From positions 1 through 64,000 of the IMG/VR virus record IMGVR_UViG_3300048592_000418: a stretch of DNA of 64,000 nt. One strand, 5' to 3'. The position numbers were made by a program, and so were the translations under genes. The stretch's first letter is position 1. Each line of letters opens with the position of its first letter. The notes under the pieces were generated by a model that was given only the letters and a program-made list of their open reading frames with translations, was not told the DNA's origin and made no database searches. Shown piece by piece: positions 18,591 through 28,625 of this stretch. The stretch comes from a virus.

Positions 18591-18943
18591 ACACGAAAAC
18601 AACGATCACGATTGAGGCATATCGCGAACAATGGAGCGGCGCTGTTGTTCTGATGGCATGGAGAACTGACCCGGACGGAAAGAGTTTCTCCGGCGAAGTG
18701 AAATGGGAGGAAGTGCCGGCCGGAGTTATGCCGCGGCCGATGCTGAAGATTCCACGCGAAGGATCGGAGGACTCAGCGGGGCTTCAGGTTCTCGCCGACT
18801 CGCTTTTTCAGTGCGGAATCCGGCCGTCGCAAACGCTCGGCACGGCCGGCGAAAAGCAGGCGATGGCCGCGCACCTGTCCGACATGCGCACGCTCGCCGC
18901 GCACGCGCTGAAGGTTCAACTTCCGAACACAAAAACATCATGA
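18587..18943 (+). CDS. Hypothetical protein
   Basis: ATGA-coupled ORF. Confidence 0.7.
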   Translation: MNTKTTITIEAYREQWSGAVVLMAWRTDPDGKSFSGEVKWEEVPAGVMPRPMLKIPREGSEDSAGLQVLADSLFQCGIRPSQTLGTAGEKQAMAAHLSDMRTLAAHALKVQLPNTKTS

Positions 18944-19287
18944 CGCCGCAGCAACTTCGCACCGAAGGGTTTTTTCAAATGGTCCGGGAAAACGTGATCG
19001 TGAACACGCCGTTCGAGTTCACGCTGATCCTGAAGGACGAGTTCGGCCGGATCTCCGGCAAATACACGCTGAAGCGCACGCCGGCCGGGAGCTATGACGC
19101 GCAGGCGTCGGATTCACTCGGACCCGGCGGAACGGAACGCGTGCTTGTCGCGGAAACCGCCGTGACATCGCTCCCGCTTCTGCTGAAGCGCAATCCGCAG
19201 ATCCTTCGCGCGCTCGCCATCGCGAAAACCGCTGGCGTGCCGCTGAAGCTGATCGGCATCGAACCGCAAATGTTGAAGCTGTCGTGA
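18940..19287 (+). CDS. Hypothetical protein
   Basis: ATGA-coupled ORF MTPQQLRTEG. Confidence 0.65.
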   Translation: MTPQQLRTEGFFQMVRENVIVNTPFEFTLILKDEFGRISGKYTLKRTPAGSYDAQASDSLGPGGTERVLVAETAVTSLPLLLKRNPQILRALAIAKTAGVPLKLIGIEPQMLKLS

Positions 19288-19742
19288 GCACGATCATTCA
19301 GCGGTTCGACAGCGAAGTTGACGGCTGCAAGCTGATTCACCTGACGGCGCTCGTTCGCATCGGATTGGATCCGACGCGCTCCCCGCAGGAAGTCGGCGTG
19401 CTCGTTACCGTCGGGACCGTGACGCTTTCTCCGCAAGACTGGCACTTCAAACAGTTCTTCGTTGAAAAGGAATTTCGCGCGCAAGGCATCGGCTCCGCCA
19501 TGCTCGCGGCGATGATCGAAATCGCGGACCGGAACGCCGCGTTCAGTATTTCATGCGCCGTTGATCCGAAGAACAACGACGCGCGGAATTGGTATCTCGC
19601 GCGCGGCTTCGTGCCGGTTTATCGCTTCGGCGACGGTGATACGCTGATGGCGCGCGTGCTGGACGCGGGAACTGTAATCGCGGCGGAGCGGTTGAAGGTG
19701 ACGACGGAAAAGCACGGCGCGCCGAAATTTGAATGGTCATGA
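19284..19742 (+). CDS. GNAT-family acetyltransferase
   Basis: FFVEKEFRAQGIGSAML...NNDARNWYLARGF. Confidence 0.85.
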   Translation: MSTIIQRFDSEVDGCKLIHLTALVRIGLDPTRSPQEVGVLVTVGTVTLSPQDWHFKQFFVEKEFRAQGIGSAMLAAMIEIADRNAAFSISCAVDPKNNDARNWYLARGFVPVYRFGDGDTLMARVLDAGTVIAAERLKVTTEKHGAPKFEWS

Positions 19743-20302
19743 GCACGTTTCACCTTGATCGAAAAAACGCGTCGAACGACGGACTCGGCTTCGAGCACGA
19801 AATGGAATTCACGTTCGCGGCATACGCTCGCGCGCGCGTCGCGACGGCGCGGAAGGTTTCGCCACCCGCACGGATCGTCGGGAGCTTTTCCGCTCGGAAG
19901 GTGATCTTCATGCCGAACCCATTTCTCGACTTTGCCGGCGCATGGACGAAGCACGCCGGCCGCGCGCTGTTTCTCGAAGCGAAAAGCACCGGCAACGGCC
20001 GCTTGCCGTTCCAGCGCGACGCCGGGATCAAGGTCAGTCAGCTCGAAGCGCTTCTTCAGTGGGCGGACGCCGGCGCGGCCGTCGGCGTGATCTGGCACCG
20101 GACGGACATCAGGAAAACGGCGATGCTGACGCTGTTCGAGCTGTGTCGCGCGAAAGGACAGGACGCCGCAAGCGTCCCGTGGGAAGACGCGCGGCCGGTT
20201 CCGCAGGGCCGCGGCGGCGTGATTCATGACGTGCTCGCCGTGCTGGAAGCCGAATACTATCCGCCGGCGCCGTCCGGCCGTGTCACACTCGTTCCAGCAT
20301 GA
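19739..20302 (+). CDS. recU: RecU-like Holliday junction resolvase
   Basis: GLGFE, LDFAG, FLEAKST, RLPF, QLEAL. Confidence 0.8.
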   Translation: MSTFHLDRKNASNDGLGFEHEMEFTFAAYARARVATARKVSPPARIVGSFSARKVIFMPNPFLDFAGAWTKHAGRALFLEAKSTGNGRLPFQRDAGIKVSQLEALLQWADAGAAVGVIWHRTDIRKTAMLTLFELCRAKGQDAASVPWEDARPVPQGRGGVIHDVLAVLEAEYYPPAPSGRVTLVPA

Positions 20303-20550
20303 GCCGCTTTCCCCGCAGCGATCCCGCGTCCGGGTGGGCGCACGTTGACGTTCGCCTGAACGCGAACGGGACGTTCGACATCCTGACATCCTTCACGCTT
20401 TGCCCGCTGGGGAATCTTCAGGGTGAAAAGGTGAAGAACCTGAAGCGGACCGGCATCACGGACAAGGGGGAAGCGCTCCGGAACGCCGAAACGCTGGACG
20501 CCTATCTTGAAATGCAGGAAAACCGAGGAACCAAAAAAGGCGAAAAATAA
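20299..20550 (+). CDS. Hypothetical protein
   Basis: ATGA-coupled ORF. Confidence 0.65.
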   Translation: MSRFPRSDPASGWAHVDVRLNANGTFDILTSFTLCPLGNLQGEKVKNLKRTGITDKGEALRNAETLDAYLEMQENRGTKKGEK

Positions 20551-20552
20551 TC

Positions 20553-20594
20553 GAAAATAGGTCTTGCAATGGAACCAAACATGGTTCCTAGTGT
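20553..20594 (+). promoter_or_regulatory. Class I promoter/operator
   Basis: A-tract, TTGCAA(20564)-T-GGAACCAAACATGGTTCC-TAGTGT; 19-bp spacer. Confidence 0.85.
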
Positions 20595-20621
20595 CGGCAC
20601 GATAACGAAACGAACACGAAA

Positions 20622-20759
20622 ATGAGCCGCACCGCACAAATCAAATTCAACGGGATTTGCCTGATTCGTCAGCTTATCCGCCGCAACGGCAGCAAAGCCG
20701 TTTTTCACTTCCGCGGGATCATCCGGGCGATCAGCAACGTCAATCTCGCCGCGTCATGA
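20622..20759 (+). CDS. 45-aa basic peptide (absent from ORF track)
   Basis: MSRTAQIKFNGICLIRQLIRRNG...; follows an ACGAA leader, ATGA-coupled to the next gene. Confidence 0.6.
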   Translation: MSRTAQIKFNGICLIRQLIRRNGSKAVFHFRGIIRAISNVNLAAS

Positions 20760-21766
20760 AACGGAACCCGCTGAAGCACGAAATCGAAGCCGCGAAGCGC
20801 GCGCTCGAAAAAGCGGTCAGTGCGCACAAAGCCGCGATCCGCGACTTGGCGCCGAAGCTCCCGGACACCGGCGGAATGATCGTCCGCATCACGGATCCCG
20901 TCCTGCTGGCGTTCAATGACGTGATTTACACCCACCCGAACGCGGCACAGGTTGCCGGCTACGTCCGCCGCGTCGAAAAGCTCGCGAAGCTCGTTCCCGC
21001 GGTCGCCGCGGCCGGCGCCGCACAGCTCGCGGCCGTCGTTGCGGCCGGAGAAAAGATCGCCGAGCTGAAGAAGCAGAACGACGAAGAAGGCGCGCAGATG
21101 GTGGATGCCGCAGCGCAGGACGAAGCGAATCCGGACCGCAAGGCGGCGCGCGAAATGGGATTCACGGAAGCGACGCTGGCGTTCGTCACGGCCGCGCTGA
21201 AGCCGACGGAAGAGCACCTGAAGGCGGCATATTACGCCGCGAACGTGAAGAATTATCGCGCGGTGATCGCTTCGCTCGAAGCGGCCGGCTGGGACATGGA
21301 AAAGGCGTTCCCGCATCCGCACGGCAGCATGAGCCGCGCGCAGTATCGGAGCGCGGACGCGGCGCGGAAGAATGCGCAGCGATTCACCGAATGGGATCAC
21401 GCGAAGCGCACGCTCGGATCGAATCGTTTCGGCGGGCCGGAGCCGGTGAAACTGAAGCGCACGGAATCCGAACAGCTCGCGAAGCTGATGGAAGACGCCG
21501 CGCGTGACGCGAAGCTGGCGCTTCAAAGCTACTGCTGGAAGCTCGCCGGAAAGATCACTTCCGAACTCGCCGACGGTGACACCGTGACGGCCGCGACGTA
21601 TGCCGGCGGATCGAACGTTTGGGGATGGAGCTTCGTCAACGTGACGACGGCCGCGGGTTCGCAGAGCTGGAAGACGAAGATGATCGTGAACTTCAGCGTT
21701 TACGGGAAGGCGTTCAATCAGTGGCCGACAACGCTCGAATGGAGCAAGGGAGGGAAGTCTTCGTGA
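20756..21766 (+). CDS. Hypothetical protein
   Basis: ATG 20756 MKRNPLKHE; typical codon usage. Confidence 0.75.
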   Translation: MKRNPLKHEIEAAKRALEKAVSAHKAAIRDLAPKLPDTGGMIVRITDPVLLAFNDVIYTHPNAAQVAGYVRRVEKLAKLVPAVAAAGAAQLAAVVAAGEKIAELKKQNDEEGAQMVDAAAQDEANPDRKAAREMGFTEATLAFVTAALKPTEEHLKAAYYAANVKNYRAVIASLEAAGWDMEKAFPHPHGSMSRAQYRSADAARKNAQRFTEWDHAKRTLGSNRFGGPEPVKLKRTESEQLAKLMEDAARDAKLALQSYCWKLAGKITSELADGDTVTAATYAGGSNVWGWSFVNVTTAAGSQSWKTKMIVNFSVYGKAFNQWPTTLEWSKGGKSS

Positions 21767-22344
21767 TTGGGATCTATCAGATCCTTTGCGTTTCCTCCGG
21801 CCGGTTTTACATCGGTTCCGGAAGGAACATGCCGGAGCGTTGGAAGCAGCATCGGCGTGATCTTGTCGCCGGCAGGCACTTCAACCCGTTTCTGCAAAAC
21901 GCGTGGAATAAGCACGGCCGCGACGCATTCCGGTTCGTCGTTCTCGAAGTTGTCGCCGACGTGGCGAACCTACTGGAACGCGAGCGCGAGCACATTCTGA
22001 CGCTGAAGCCGGCGTTCAATCTCACGGACACGCCGCAAGGCGGGCCGGTGCGTATCGGCATGAAGAACACGCCGGAGCAAAACGCAAAAATCGCGCGGGC
22101 GCATTTGGGAAAGAAGCATACGCCGGAGACGCTGCGGAAAATGAGTGAGGCGAAGAAGGGCCGTGTTCCATGGAACAAGGGCAAGACTTGCGGTCCGTCA
22201 TGGAACAAGGGCCGCGGCTGGACGCCGGCACAGCGCGAAAAACTGATGAAGGTTCACGCCGAACGCGGTTCGCTGTCACCTGAACATCGCCGAAGCATCG
22301 GCGAGGGTTTGCGCCGCGCGTGGCAAGAGGGACGCAGAACATGA
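21763..22344 (+). CDS. GIY-YIG homing endonuclease with NUMOD3 repeats
   Basis: GIYQI...FYIGS...RWKQH; GMKNTPEQNAKI, GKKHTPETLRKMSEAKKG. Confidence 0.92.
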   Translation: MIGIYQILCVSSGRFYIGSGRNMPERWKQHRRDLVAGRHFNPFLQNAWNKHGRDAFRFVVLEVVADVANLLEREREHILTLKPAFNLTDTPQGGPVRIGMKNTPEQNAKIARAHLGKKHTPETLRKMSEAKKGRVPWNKGKTCGPSWNKGRGWTPAQREKLMKVHAERGSLSPEHRRSIGEGLRRAWQEGRRT

Positions 22345-23171
22345 CGACGGACACGCTGAAAATCTATCTCGCGCCGAAGACGGCGAGCGAAGCGGAATAT
22401 CGGCTCGGCGTGATTCTGGATCGCACGAACCGGGAACTCCGCGCGGACAACGTGACACGCGCCGAACTCGAAGCGGCAGCGCGCGCGCTCGCCACCCGCC
22501 GGGCCGGTGAGCACGAATTCGGCCGCGCGGTCTGGAAGCTGATCGCCGATGAACTCGCTTGGGCGGATCACTACGGCGCCGCGGACCGCATTCGCGCGCT
22601 GCTGAAGGGGAAGCCGATCCCGGAGCGCGCACGCGTGCGACCGGCGCCGGGGAATCAGCGCACGAAGCTCTGGACGAACGTTTCCCGGTTCCCGGACGCG
22701 CTAGTTCGCGCGATGATCACGTTCATTCTCGAAGGCGGACGACTGCCGAAGGACTGCCGGATCAAGATCGGGCAGACTCCGCGCGGCTGGGGCAGCGGCC
22801 GGGGCTGGGGCGCGACGGTCAGCAGCGGCTTCAGCGGCCGGCGCACCGTGTCCGGCGGCAAGGCATACGTCCGCGCGCCGGGGCCGGAAACGGATCGCCG
22901 GGTTCTGCGGAACCCCGGACATGGCGGCTACCTTCCGCGCGTTTACTTCGGCGGCGAGGAACGATTTTTTGCCGTGCTCGCGCACGAACTGCGGCACGTG
23001 TTCCAGCCGACGCAATCGAAGTTCCGCGAATGCCGGAACGTGCGGCGGCATCAGCTCGGCACGAACGGCAAACTCTGCGAGGTTGACGCGTGCCTGTTCG
23101 AGATCCGTGCTCTGCGTCGCTTCCGTCGCGAGTTCCCGCGGCCGGCGCCGGCGATCCTTCCTCTCCCATGA
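22341..23171 (+). CDS. HExxH metallopeptidase-like protein
   Basis: VLAHELRHVFQ...CEVDA. Confidence 0.6.
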   Translation: MTTDTLKIYLAPKTASEAEYRLGVILDRTNRELRADNVTRAELEAAARALATRRAGEHEFGRAVWKLIADELAWADHYGAADRIRALLKGKPIPERARVRPAPGNQRTKLWTNVSRFPDALVRAMITFILEGGRLPKDCRIKIGQTPRGWGSGRGWGATVSSGFSGRRTVSGGKAYVRAPGPETDRRVLRNPGHGGYLPRVYFGGEERFFAVLAHELRHVFQPTQSKFRECRNVRRHQLGTNGKLCEVDACLFEIRALRRFRREFPRPAPAILPLP

Positions 23172-23680
23172 AAACGAAAACGATCAAACCCCGTCCCGGC
23201 TTCAGCGTTTGCGAACTCTCCGGCGGCATGATGCGCGGCGGCGGGACACCGGACGAAGTTCGGCTGGAAATTCGCGATCCAGTCAGCGGCGTTCAATTTC
23301 TCGAACTGCGGATCGATCCCGGCGAAATGATGCGCGCGCTGACAGGCGCGACGGTCAACGCCGAGTTCGAGCTGTCCGCCGTTCACCTGATCGGCATGAA
23401 GCACGAACGGAAAACGGAGCTGATTCCGTTTGACTGCTTCGATCCGAAATCGAAGCGACTCGGCGACGGCTCGCGCATTCAGGAATCGCACCATCAACGC
23501 ACGAACGCCATGCGCAAAGCGCTGGAACCGTTCGAGCGTGACGGCTGGATCGGCGACGGTTCTGATCTGCTGAACATGCACAATCGGATCGGCGGGCGGC
23601 AGGGCGAAAAAATCCCGAAGCAGAAAGTCGGCTTCACGCGCTACGTCCACCCGCAGACCGGCGAGCCGGTCAAAATCTGA
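23168..23680 (+). CDS. Hypothetical protein
   Basis: ATGA-coupled ORF. Confidence 0.7.
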   Translation: MKTKTIKPRPGFSVCELSGGMMRGGGTPDEVRLEIRDPVSGVQFLELRIDPGEMMRALTGATVNAEFELSAVHLIGMKHERKTELIPFDCFDPKSKRLGDGSRIQESHHQRTNAMRKALEPFERDGWIGDGSDLLNMHNRIGGRQGEKIPKQKVGFTRYVHPQTGEPVKI

Positions 23681-23684
23681 CGCC

Positions 23685-23894
23685 ATGCTGAAGCACGCAC
23701 TTTCCGAAGCGGCGATCACGGCCGCGAAGCTCCGGGCGATGGGATACGCCGATCCGGATCCGAATTCCGCGGCCGGAGTGTTTCGCGCGGCCGAACTCTG
23801 GCATCGCGTCGCGCGCATTCAGCGCAGGCTCGGACGCCGGATGAAGGATTCCGATTGGACACGCGTCCCGCAGTGCTGCGGCGTAGGCGCTTGA
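23685..23894 (+). CDS. Hypothetical protein
   Basis: Short ORF in gene run. Confidence 0.5.
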   Translation: MLKHALSEAAITAAKLRAMGYADPDPNSAAGVFRAAELWHRVARIQRRLGRRMKDSDWTRVPQCCGVGA

Positions 23895-23927
23895 TCCTGT
23901 TTCCGCGCACAGCGAACATTTTTCACC

Positions 23928-24236
23928 ATGGATCCAAAACGACAAGACACACTGAACATCATTGCCGAAGCGCAGGCTGCATGCGCTTTGCCCGTAAAGC
24001 CGCACGCACTGGAAGCGGTCGGAGAAGTTGATCTGAAACGCATGGTTCACGCGCTCGCTGAAAAAGTGCTGATCGAACGTCGGCACGTCGCCGCGCTAAT
24101 GCCGGCCGCGGAAACGTTGCTGCATCACAAGCGCGAGATCGGAAAACAGTTCATCGAATTCCAGTCCGCCGTGGATGGCGTGAAGGCGCAGCAAAAACTT
24201 GTTCGCGCTGCGCGTCGCGACGCCGGGATCGGCTGA
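23928..24236 (+). CDS. Hypothetical protein
   Basis: ORF in gene run. Confidence 0.65.
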   Translation: MDPKRQDTLNIIAEAQAACALPVKPHALEAVGEVDLKRMVHALAEKVLIERRHVAALMPAAETLLHHKREIGKQFIEFQSAVDGVKAQQKLVRAARRDAGIG

Positions 24237-24286
24237 TTCATTCACACTGCGCACAGGTTATTCACCGAAGCACGAAAACGACTCAC

Positions 24287-24664
24287 ATGAAGCTGACACC
24301 CGAAAGCACGCGCGTCCTTTACGCGAACAGCGAAGGCGGAACCGTCGTCCTGATCGTCAATCACGTAACGGCCGCGCGTCGCTGGGAGGTTTACGAGCGC
24401 GGGAAAACTTCGAGCCGGGCGGCGTCGCTGAAGGAACGCCAGCAGTTCGAGCACGCGACGAATCCGCGGCGCGGACATATCACGACGCGCGAGGAATGGA
24501 TCGCGCGCCATCCCGGCGACTTCATCGATCCGAGTCTCACGCATCGCGCAGCGCACGGCGAAGCCGGAGGGCCGATGTTCTGGCAATGGCACAAGAGCGA
24601 AGCCGATGCGCGCGAATGGCTGATTTCCGCCGGCGCCGCGATTGACGAAAATTCCGAAAAATAG
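24287..24664 (+). CDS. Hypothetical protein
   Basis: ACGAA leader; stop abuts the next promoter. Confidence 0.65.
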   Translation: MKLTPESTRVLYANSEGGTVVLIVNHVTAARRWEVYERGKTSSRAASLKERQQFEHATNPRRGHITTREEWIARHPGDFIDPSLTHRAAHGEAGGPMFWQWHKSEADAREWLISAGAAIDENSEK

Positions 24665-24698
24665 TGCTTGCACACGGAACCAAACTTGGTTCCATTGT
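24655..24698 (+). promoter_or_regulatory. Class I promoter/operator
   Basis: TTGCAC(24668)-AC-GGAACCAAACTTGGTTCC; CATTGT at 19-bp spacing. Confidence 0.8.
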
Positions 24699-24705
24699 GG
24701 GCACG

Positions 24706-24993
24706 ATGACGAACACGAAACGAAACAGCCGGATCCGGAACTGGGAGCCGTGCGCATATACCGCTCCCGCCAAGTCCGCCGAGCGCATCAAAGCGTTTCT
24801 TCGCGCCGGCGGGCGCGCCGAAGTCAGGACTTACCTGACGGTCACGACGATTGACGGCCGGACACTCTTGCGCTTCGAGTCCGTCGGCGCTTACCTGCTG
24901 CGCGACGAAGGCGAAGGCTACCGGATGCAGCGCGGGAACTCGTCCGTTTATCTGATGCCCGGTCAGCTCAAAATCTCGGCGCCGCTCGCATGA
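24706..24993 (+). CDS. Hypothetical protein
   Basis: First ATG after the promoter. Confidence 0.65.
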   Translation: MTNTKRNSRIRNWEPCAYTAPAKSAERIKAFLRAGGRAEVRTYLTVTTIDGRTLLRFESVGAYLLRDEGEGYRMQRGNSSVYLMPGQLKISAPLA

Positions 24994-25220
24994 ACACCGC
25001 GACGAAAATTCACGTCAGCGCGAAGGCTGCAACGGTCGGCTGGACTGCGGCCGGCGTTCAGATCTGCGCAGGAAAAAGCCGCGTCAACTGGAAGGCGTGG
25101 GAAGTCAATTCGCTCGGACAGCCGACGAACACACGCAATTTCGGCGGGAAGCCGGAGCTGATTGCGTATCTCGAAACGGTGATCGATGCGGATGCGACGG
25201 CCGCGCGGAAATGGTGGTGA
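24990..25220 (+). CDS. Hypothetical protein
   Basis: ATGA-coupled ORF. Confidence 0.6.
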   Translation: MNTATKIHVSAKAATVGWTAAGVQICAGKSRVNWKAWEVNSLGQPTNTRNFGGKPELIAYLETVIDADATAARKWW

Positions 25221-25224
25221 TGCC

Positions 25225-27171
25225 GTGAACAAGCTCTTCAAATACAGCATCGGGACGAGTCCCTACCCGGAACTTTCCGTGACGCTATGGGGCGAGGATC
25301 GCGGGAAGTTCCCGGATCTCGAATCCGCGCTTCACGGCTTGTTCCTCGGACATCCGTTCCCCGTCGCACTGACGGGCCGATGGCAGGATCGCTTTTTCCC
25401 CGGAATATCGCTCGCCGGCGTGCCGGCCGAAGAAGTCGTTCAGGTTTGGACGACGGATCCGGAAGTCGTGAAGCGCTTCGAGAAAGCGCTGAAGGCGCAG
25501 ACGAAGACGGACAAGCCGGAATCCCACCACGAAGGATTCGTTCCACACGATGGCACCGGCGAGCGCATGGGGATCGCGTGCGAAATCCACGTCGGAATGA
25601 TTCATCGGTTTCAGATGCCGAAGATCGCCGGGCTGCTGACGGATGGCACGATTCCGAAAGGCGCGACATCGCCGGCCGGCGCGCGCATGCTGTCGTTCAC
25701 GCCGAACGCACGGAGCGCGCTGCAACTGAAGATTTTTCAGGCACAGCTCGCCGGCATCAGCGGCCGGCATGATCTGGACGGACTGCGCGAGCAAATGAAG
25801 GGACAGCTCGCGAACATGAACGAGGGGATCCGGATGCTGAACGCCTATTGCAACGGCACGGAATCGCTTCAGCACTTGCATCGCGGGGACCGCGCACCGG
25901 GCGCCGATCCTTACTGCCTGTTTCAGTCGCGCGTCTATTTGGACGAAGAACTAGGGCTGATCGCGAACCTTGTGGAAATGGACTTTTCCGACGTTCCGCA
26001 GGCTGACAAATGGCTTTTCGCTTCGGACCGATGGAAGAAGCTGCTTCCGCTTCCGAAGTGCATTCTCGTCACGCGCATTCGCCGCGACGAAAAGGACTAT
26101 GGGCCGGGCGCCGGCATGGTCGCGGCTTACTGGAACGCGCTGAACATGGCGCATCTTGTCTGGATCCGCGACGGGGAAAACGTCTGGCGCTTCGGGACTG
26201 ACGTGAAGTTTGAAGAGCGGATTTTTCCCGCGGCCGATGACGCGTCCGAACTCGTGTCCCGGATTCAGGAAATGATCTGGCGCACGCACTACGCGCCGAA
26301 GAAAGAGCGCGAAGATCCGTTCCCGGAGCAGAAGCTAAAGCCGGCCGCTCCGTGGGAATCGAAAAACCCGGTTTCGGTGAAGTGGGAAGATGACGTGAAG
26401 TTTCCGACGCTCGAATCATGGCTTTCGAGTGATCGCTACACGCCGGAGCTGAACCTTTCGATCCATCGCCGCGCGTCCGACGCGCTGCGCGCGCACGCTC
26501 GCGCGAGCATGCCGTTCGCGTTGCTGCTTCAGGGAATCATTGATTTGAAAGGCATCCTGAACATTCCGGCCGGGTCAGATCTTTTCGATTCGCAGACGCA
26601 GGCGCGCTTCATTCGCCTGATCTCGGACTTCAGCGGCGGCATCGCCGATTCACGGCTGACGAAGCAGTTCGAGCGGCACGTGAACGGCTGCGCGCTGAAA
26701 CCCGGTGATCGGATCGTCGGCTGGCGCTGGGGCGTTTACACGGATTCGGATCGATGGGCCGGGGAAGTGAAATGGAACAAGGGGAAGAAGGCGCATGGAC
26801 TGTTTGTCTTCACCGTGCATCACGTGAACGAAAGCGATCCGAAGAAGGATTGGAGCGGGAAGAACTTCGAGATCTTCGCCCACCATCCTGAGCCGAAGAA
26901 ACGCGCTTACGTGAACCGCTACGGCAGCGGCGAGCCGTTCAATCAGAAGATGGCGCCGAATGGCGCGCCGATCTGCGGCGAGTTCCTACCGCTGGATCTC
27001 CCGGAATCACTCGCCGAAAAGCTGTTGGATGATCGAAACTGGAAGCGCGCAAACGCGTGGGCGGTTCCGCTGCTGGCGCAATGGCACGATCTGCGGAAGC
27101 AGTTCGCGGCCGTGCCGGACGAAAAGCCGTTCTCGCTGAAGATGCGGAAGAAGGCGGAGGAAATCGAATGA
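25225..27171 (+). CDS. Large hypothetical phage protein
   Basis: ~650-aa ORF, probable GTG start; no motif recognised. Confidence 0.75.
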   Translation: MNKLFKYSIGTSPYPELSVTLWGEDRGKFPDLESALHGLFLGHPFPVALTGRWQDRFFPGISLAGVPAEEVVQVWTTDPEVVKRFEKALKAQTKTDKPESHHEGFVPHDGTGERMGIACEIHVGMIHRFQMPKIAGLLTDGTIPKGATSPAGARMLSFTPNARSALQLKIFQAQLAGISGRHDLDGLREQMKGQLANMNEGIRMLNAYCNGTESLQHLHRGDRAPGADPYCLFQSRVYLDEELGLIANLVEMDFSDVPQADKWLFASDRWKKLLPLPKCILVTRIRRDEKDYGPGAGMVAAYWNALNMAHLVWIRDGENVWRFGTDVKFEERIFPAADDASELVSRIQEMIWRTHYAPKKEREDPFPEQKLKPAAPWESKNPVSVKWEDDVKFPTLESWLSSDRYTPELNLSIHRRASDALRAHARASMPFALLLQGIIDLKGILNIPAGSDLFDSQTQARFIRLISDFSGGIADSRLTKQFERHVNGCALKPGDRIVGWRWGVYTDSDRWAGEVKWNKGKKAHGLFVFTVHHVNESDPKKDWSGKNFEIFAHHPEPKKRAYVNRYGSGEPFNQKMAPNGAPICGEFLPLDLPESLAEKLLDDRNWKRANAWAVPLLAQWHDLRKQFAAVPDEKPFSLKMRKKAEEIE

Positions 27172-27935
27172 ACACCGAAAATTCAGTTGTCCCGCGGAAT
27201 AGTGCGTTCGCGCTGGATCAGTGCATCGAAGCCGCGTTCCGGCCGCTCGACATTCCGACGGACTGGGACGCCGTGATTGCGAACGCCGGCGAGCTAGACG
27301 CCGAAGCGATGACGGCCGAATTGAAGTCCGGCGAGCCGTGGCCGAATAACGAGCTGAACCGGCTGCGCGTGTTCCGGCTGCAAACGAAGATCCTGATCGC
27401 GCTGCGGCATGCTCGCGGCTTGCCGCAATATGCCGAGCACATTTGCCCGGACTGCGGAACGCGGAAGTGCTACGCCGTGCGCATGGGCTGGCGTTCCTAC
27501 TGCCTTCCGTGCTGTGAAGCTCCGCTGCTGATCCCATGCTCGAACCGCTATCGGACGAGCACGCGGCCGGCGTTCGACACGACAACGAACCGCTGGGGGA
27601 TCTCTTACATCCGCGACGGCGGAAGCAGTGACGGCGGTTACACCGGCGCGATCATCGCGTCCGGTTTCGAGAACCGCGAAGAAGCGATGATCGCGGACGC
27701 GGCGCCGCATCGGTTCTGGCAGCTCTTCAATCGTGTTGTGCCGGCCGGGCATCAATGCGACTGGGGGACGGTTTTCCCCGTCGGCGATCTGTTCCGTCAG
27801 CGCTTGCCGATGACGCCGGAGGAATGGCGCGCATGGCTCGAAGGGAACATGCGACAGGCACAGGCGGAAGAGTCCGAGCCGTTCGAGGGAGTGATCCGCG
27901 ACGTGGCGAAGGCATACTTCCGGGAAGAGCGTTGA
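27168..27935 (+). CDS. Hypothetical protein with Cys clusters
   Basis: CPDCG...CLPCC. Confidence 0.65.
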   Translation: MNTENSVVPRNSAFALDQCIEAAFRPLDIPTDWDAVIANAGELDAEAMTAELKSGEPWPNNELNRLRVFRLQTKILIALRHARGLPQYAEHICPDCGTRKCYAVRMGWRSYCLPCCEAPLLIPCSNRYRTSTRPAFDTTTNRWGISYIRDGGSSDGGYTGAIIASGFENREEAMIADAAPHRFWQLFNRVVPAGHQCDWGTVFPVGDLFRQRLPMTPEEWRAWLEGNMRQAQAEESEPFEGVIRDVAKAYFREER

Positions 27936-27982
27936 AAAATCGGGGCTTTACTTTCCAACACGAAGGAACCAAAAAAGGCGCA
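27933..27982 (+). promoter_or_regulatory. Class II promoter with operator half-site
   Basis: TTTACT(27947)-N12-GGAACCAAAAAAGGCG; the same 16-mer occurs at 20527. Confidence 0.65.
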
Positions 27983-27987
27983 CGAAG

Positions 27988-28308
27988 ATGAAACGACAAA
28001 TCACACTCGCAGTTCTGAACGCAGCGATTTCGCTGATGCTCCGCATCGAAGCGCGGGCGCGAGTGTGGCGCGCGAATCTCGAAGCGTGCAAGACGCGCCG
28101 CATCGGCGGGCACTGCATCGAAGTGACTCCGGGTCTGATGGAAGTCCGCGGAAGCGTCCGCGGCACGTTCATTCCCGCTGGCGGCGAACTGCCTGCCGGC
28201 TTCTACGGCCGCGGGCCGGTGGGTCCGGATCGCTCGAAGAACTTCCGCGAGCTGATGCCGGATCCGCTCGAACATTTCCAGCGCTCGAACAACTCGAAAC
28301 GCACATGA
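27988..28308 (+). CDS. Hypothetical protein
   Basis: First ORF after the promoter. Confidence 0.6.
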   Translation: MKRQITLAVLNAAISLMLRIEARARVWRANLEACKTRRIGGHCIEVTPGLMEVRGSVRGTFIPAGGELPAGFYGRGPVGPDRSKNFRELMPDPLEHFQRSNNSKRT

Positions 28309-28625
28309 ATCAGAAGACGACACCGAACACCGAAATCGACAAGGGCAAGGAACTGACGCGCCGGGCGCTCGCCAAAGTTGAAAAATACTTGGACAAGACG
28401 CCGGGCAGCGTGAAGCGACTCGCCGAATTCCTGACGAAGCGGACCGGCCGCGAAGTCGCGCGTCAGCGCGTCACGCGCTGGTTTGCTTCCGATCTGGCCG
28501 CACGGCCGGAACCGCTTTTCAGCACGGGCTTGCTTATGCTGGAATGGTGGAAGCTCGAACAGAAACGCGCCGAGCGGGAAAAGCAGAAGAGCGAAACCGC
28601 TCCGGCTACGGCTCCGGCGGAGTGA
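28305..28625 (+). CDS. Cro/XRE-like HTH DNA-binding protein (candidate operator-binding regulator)
   Basis: SVKRLAEFL...VARQRVTRWF...PEPLFSTGLLMLEW. Confidence 0.6.
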   Translation: MNQKTTPNTEIDKGKELTRRALAKVEKYLDKTPGSVKRLAEFLTKRTGREVARQRVTRWFASDLAARPEPLFSTGLLMLEWWKLEQKRAEREKQKSETAPATAPAE

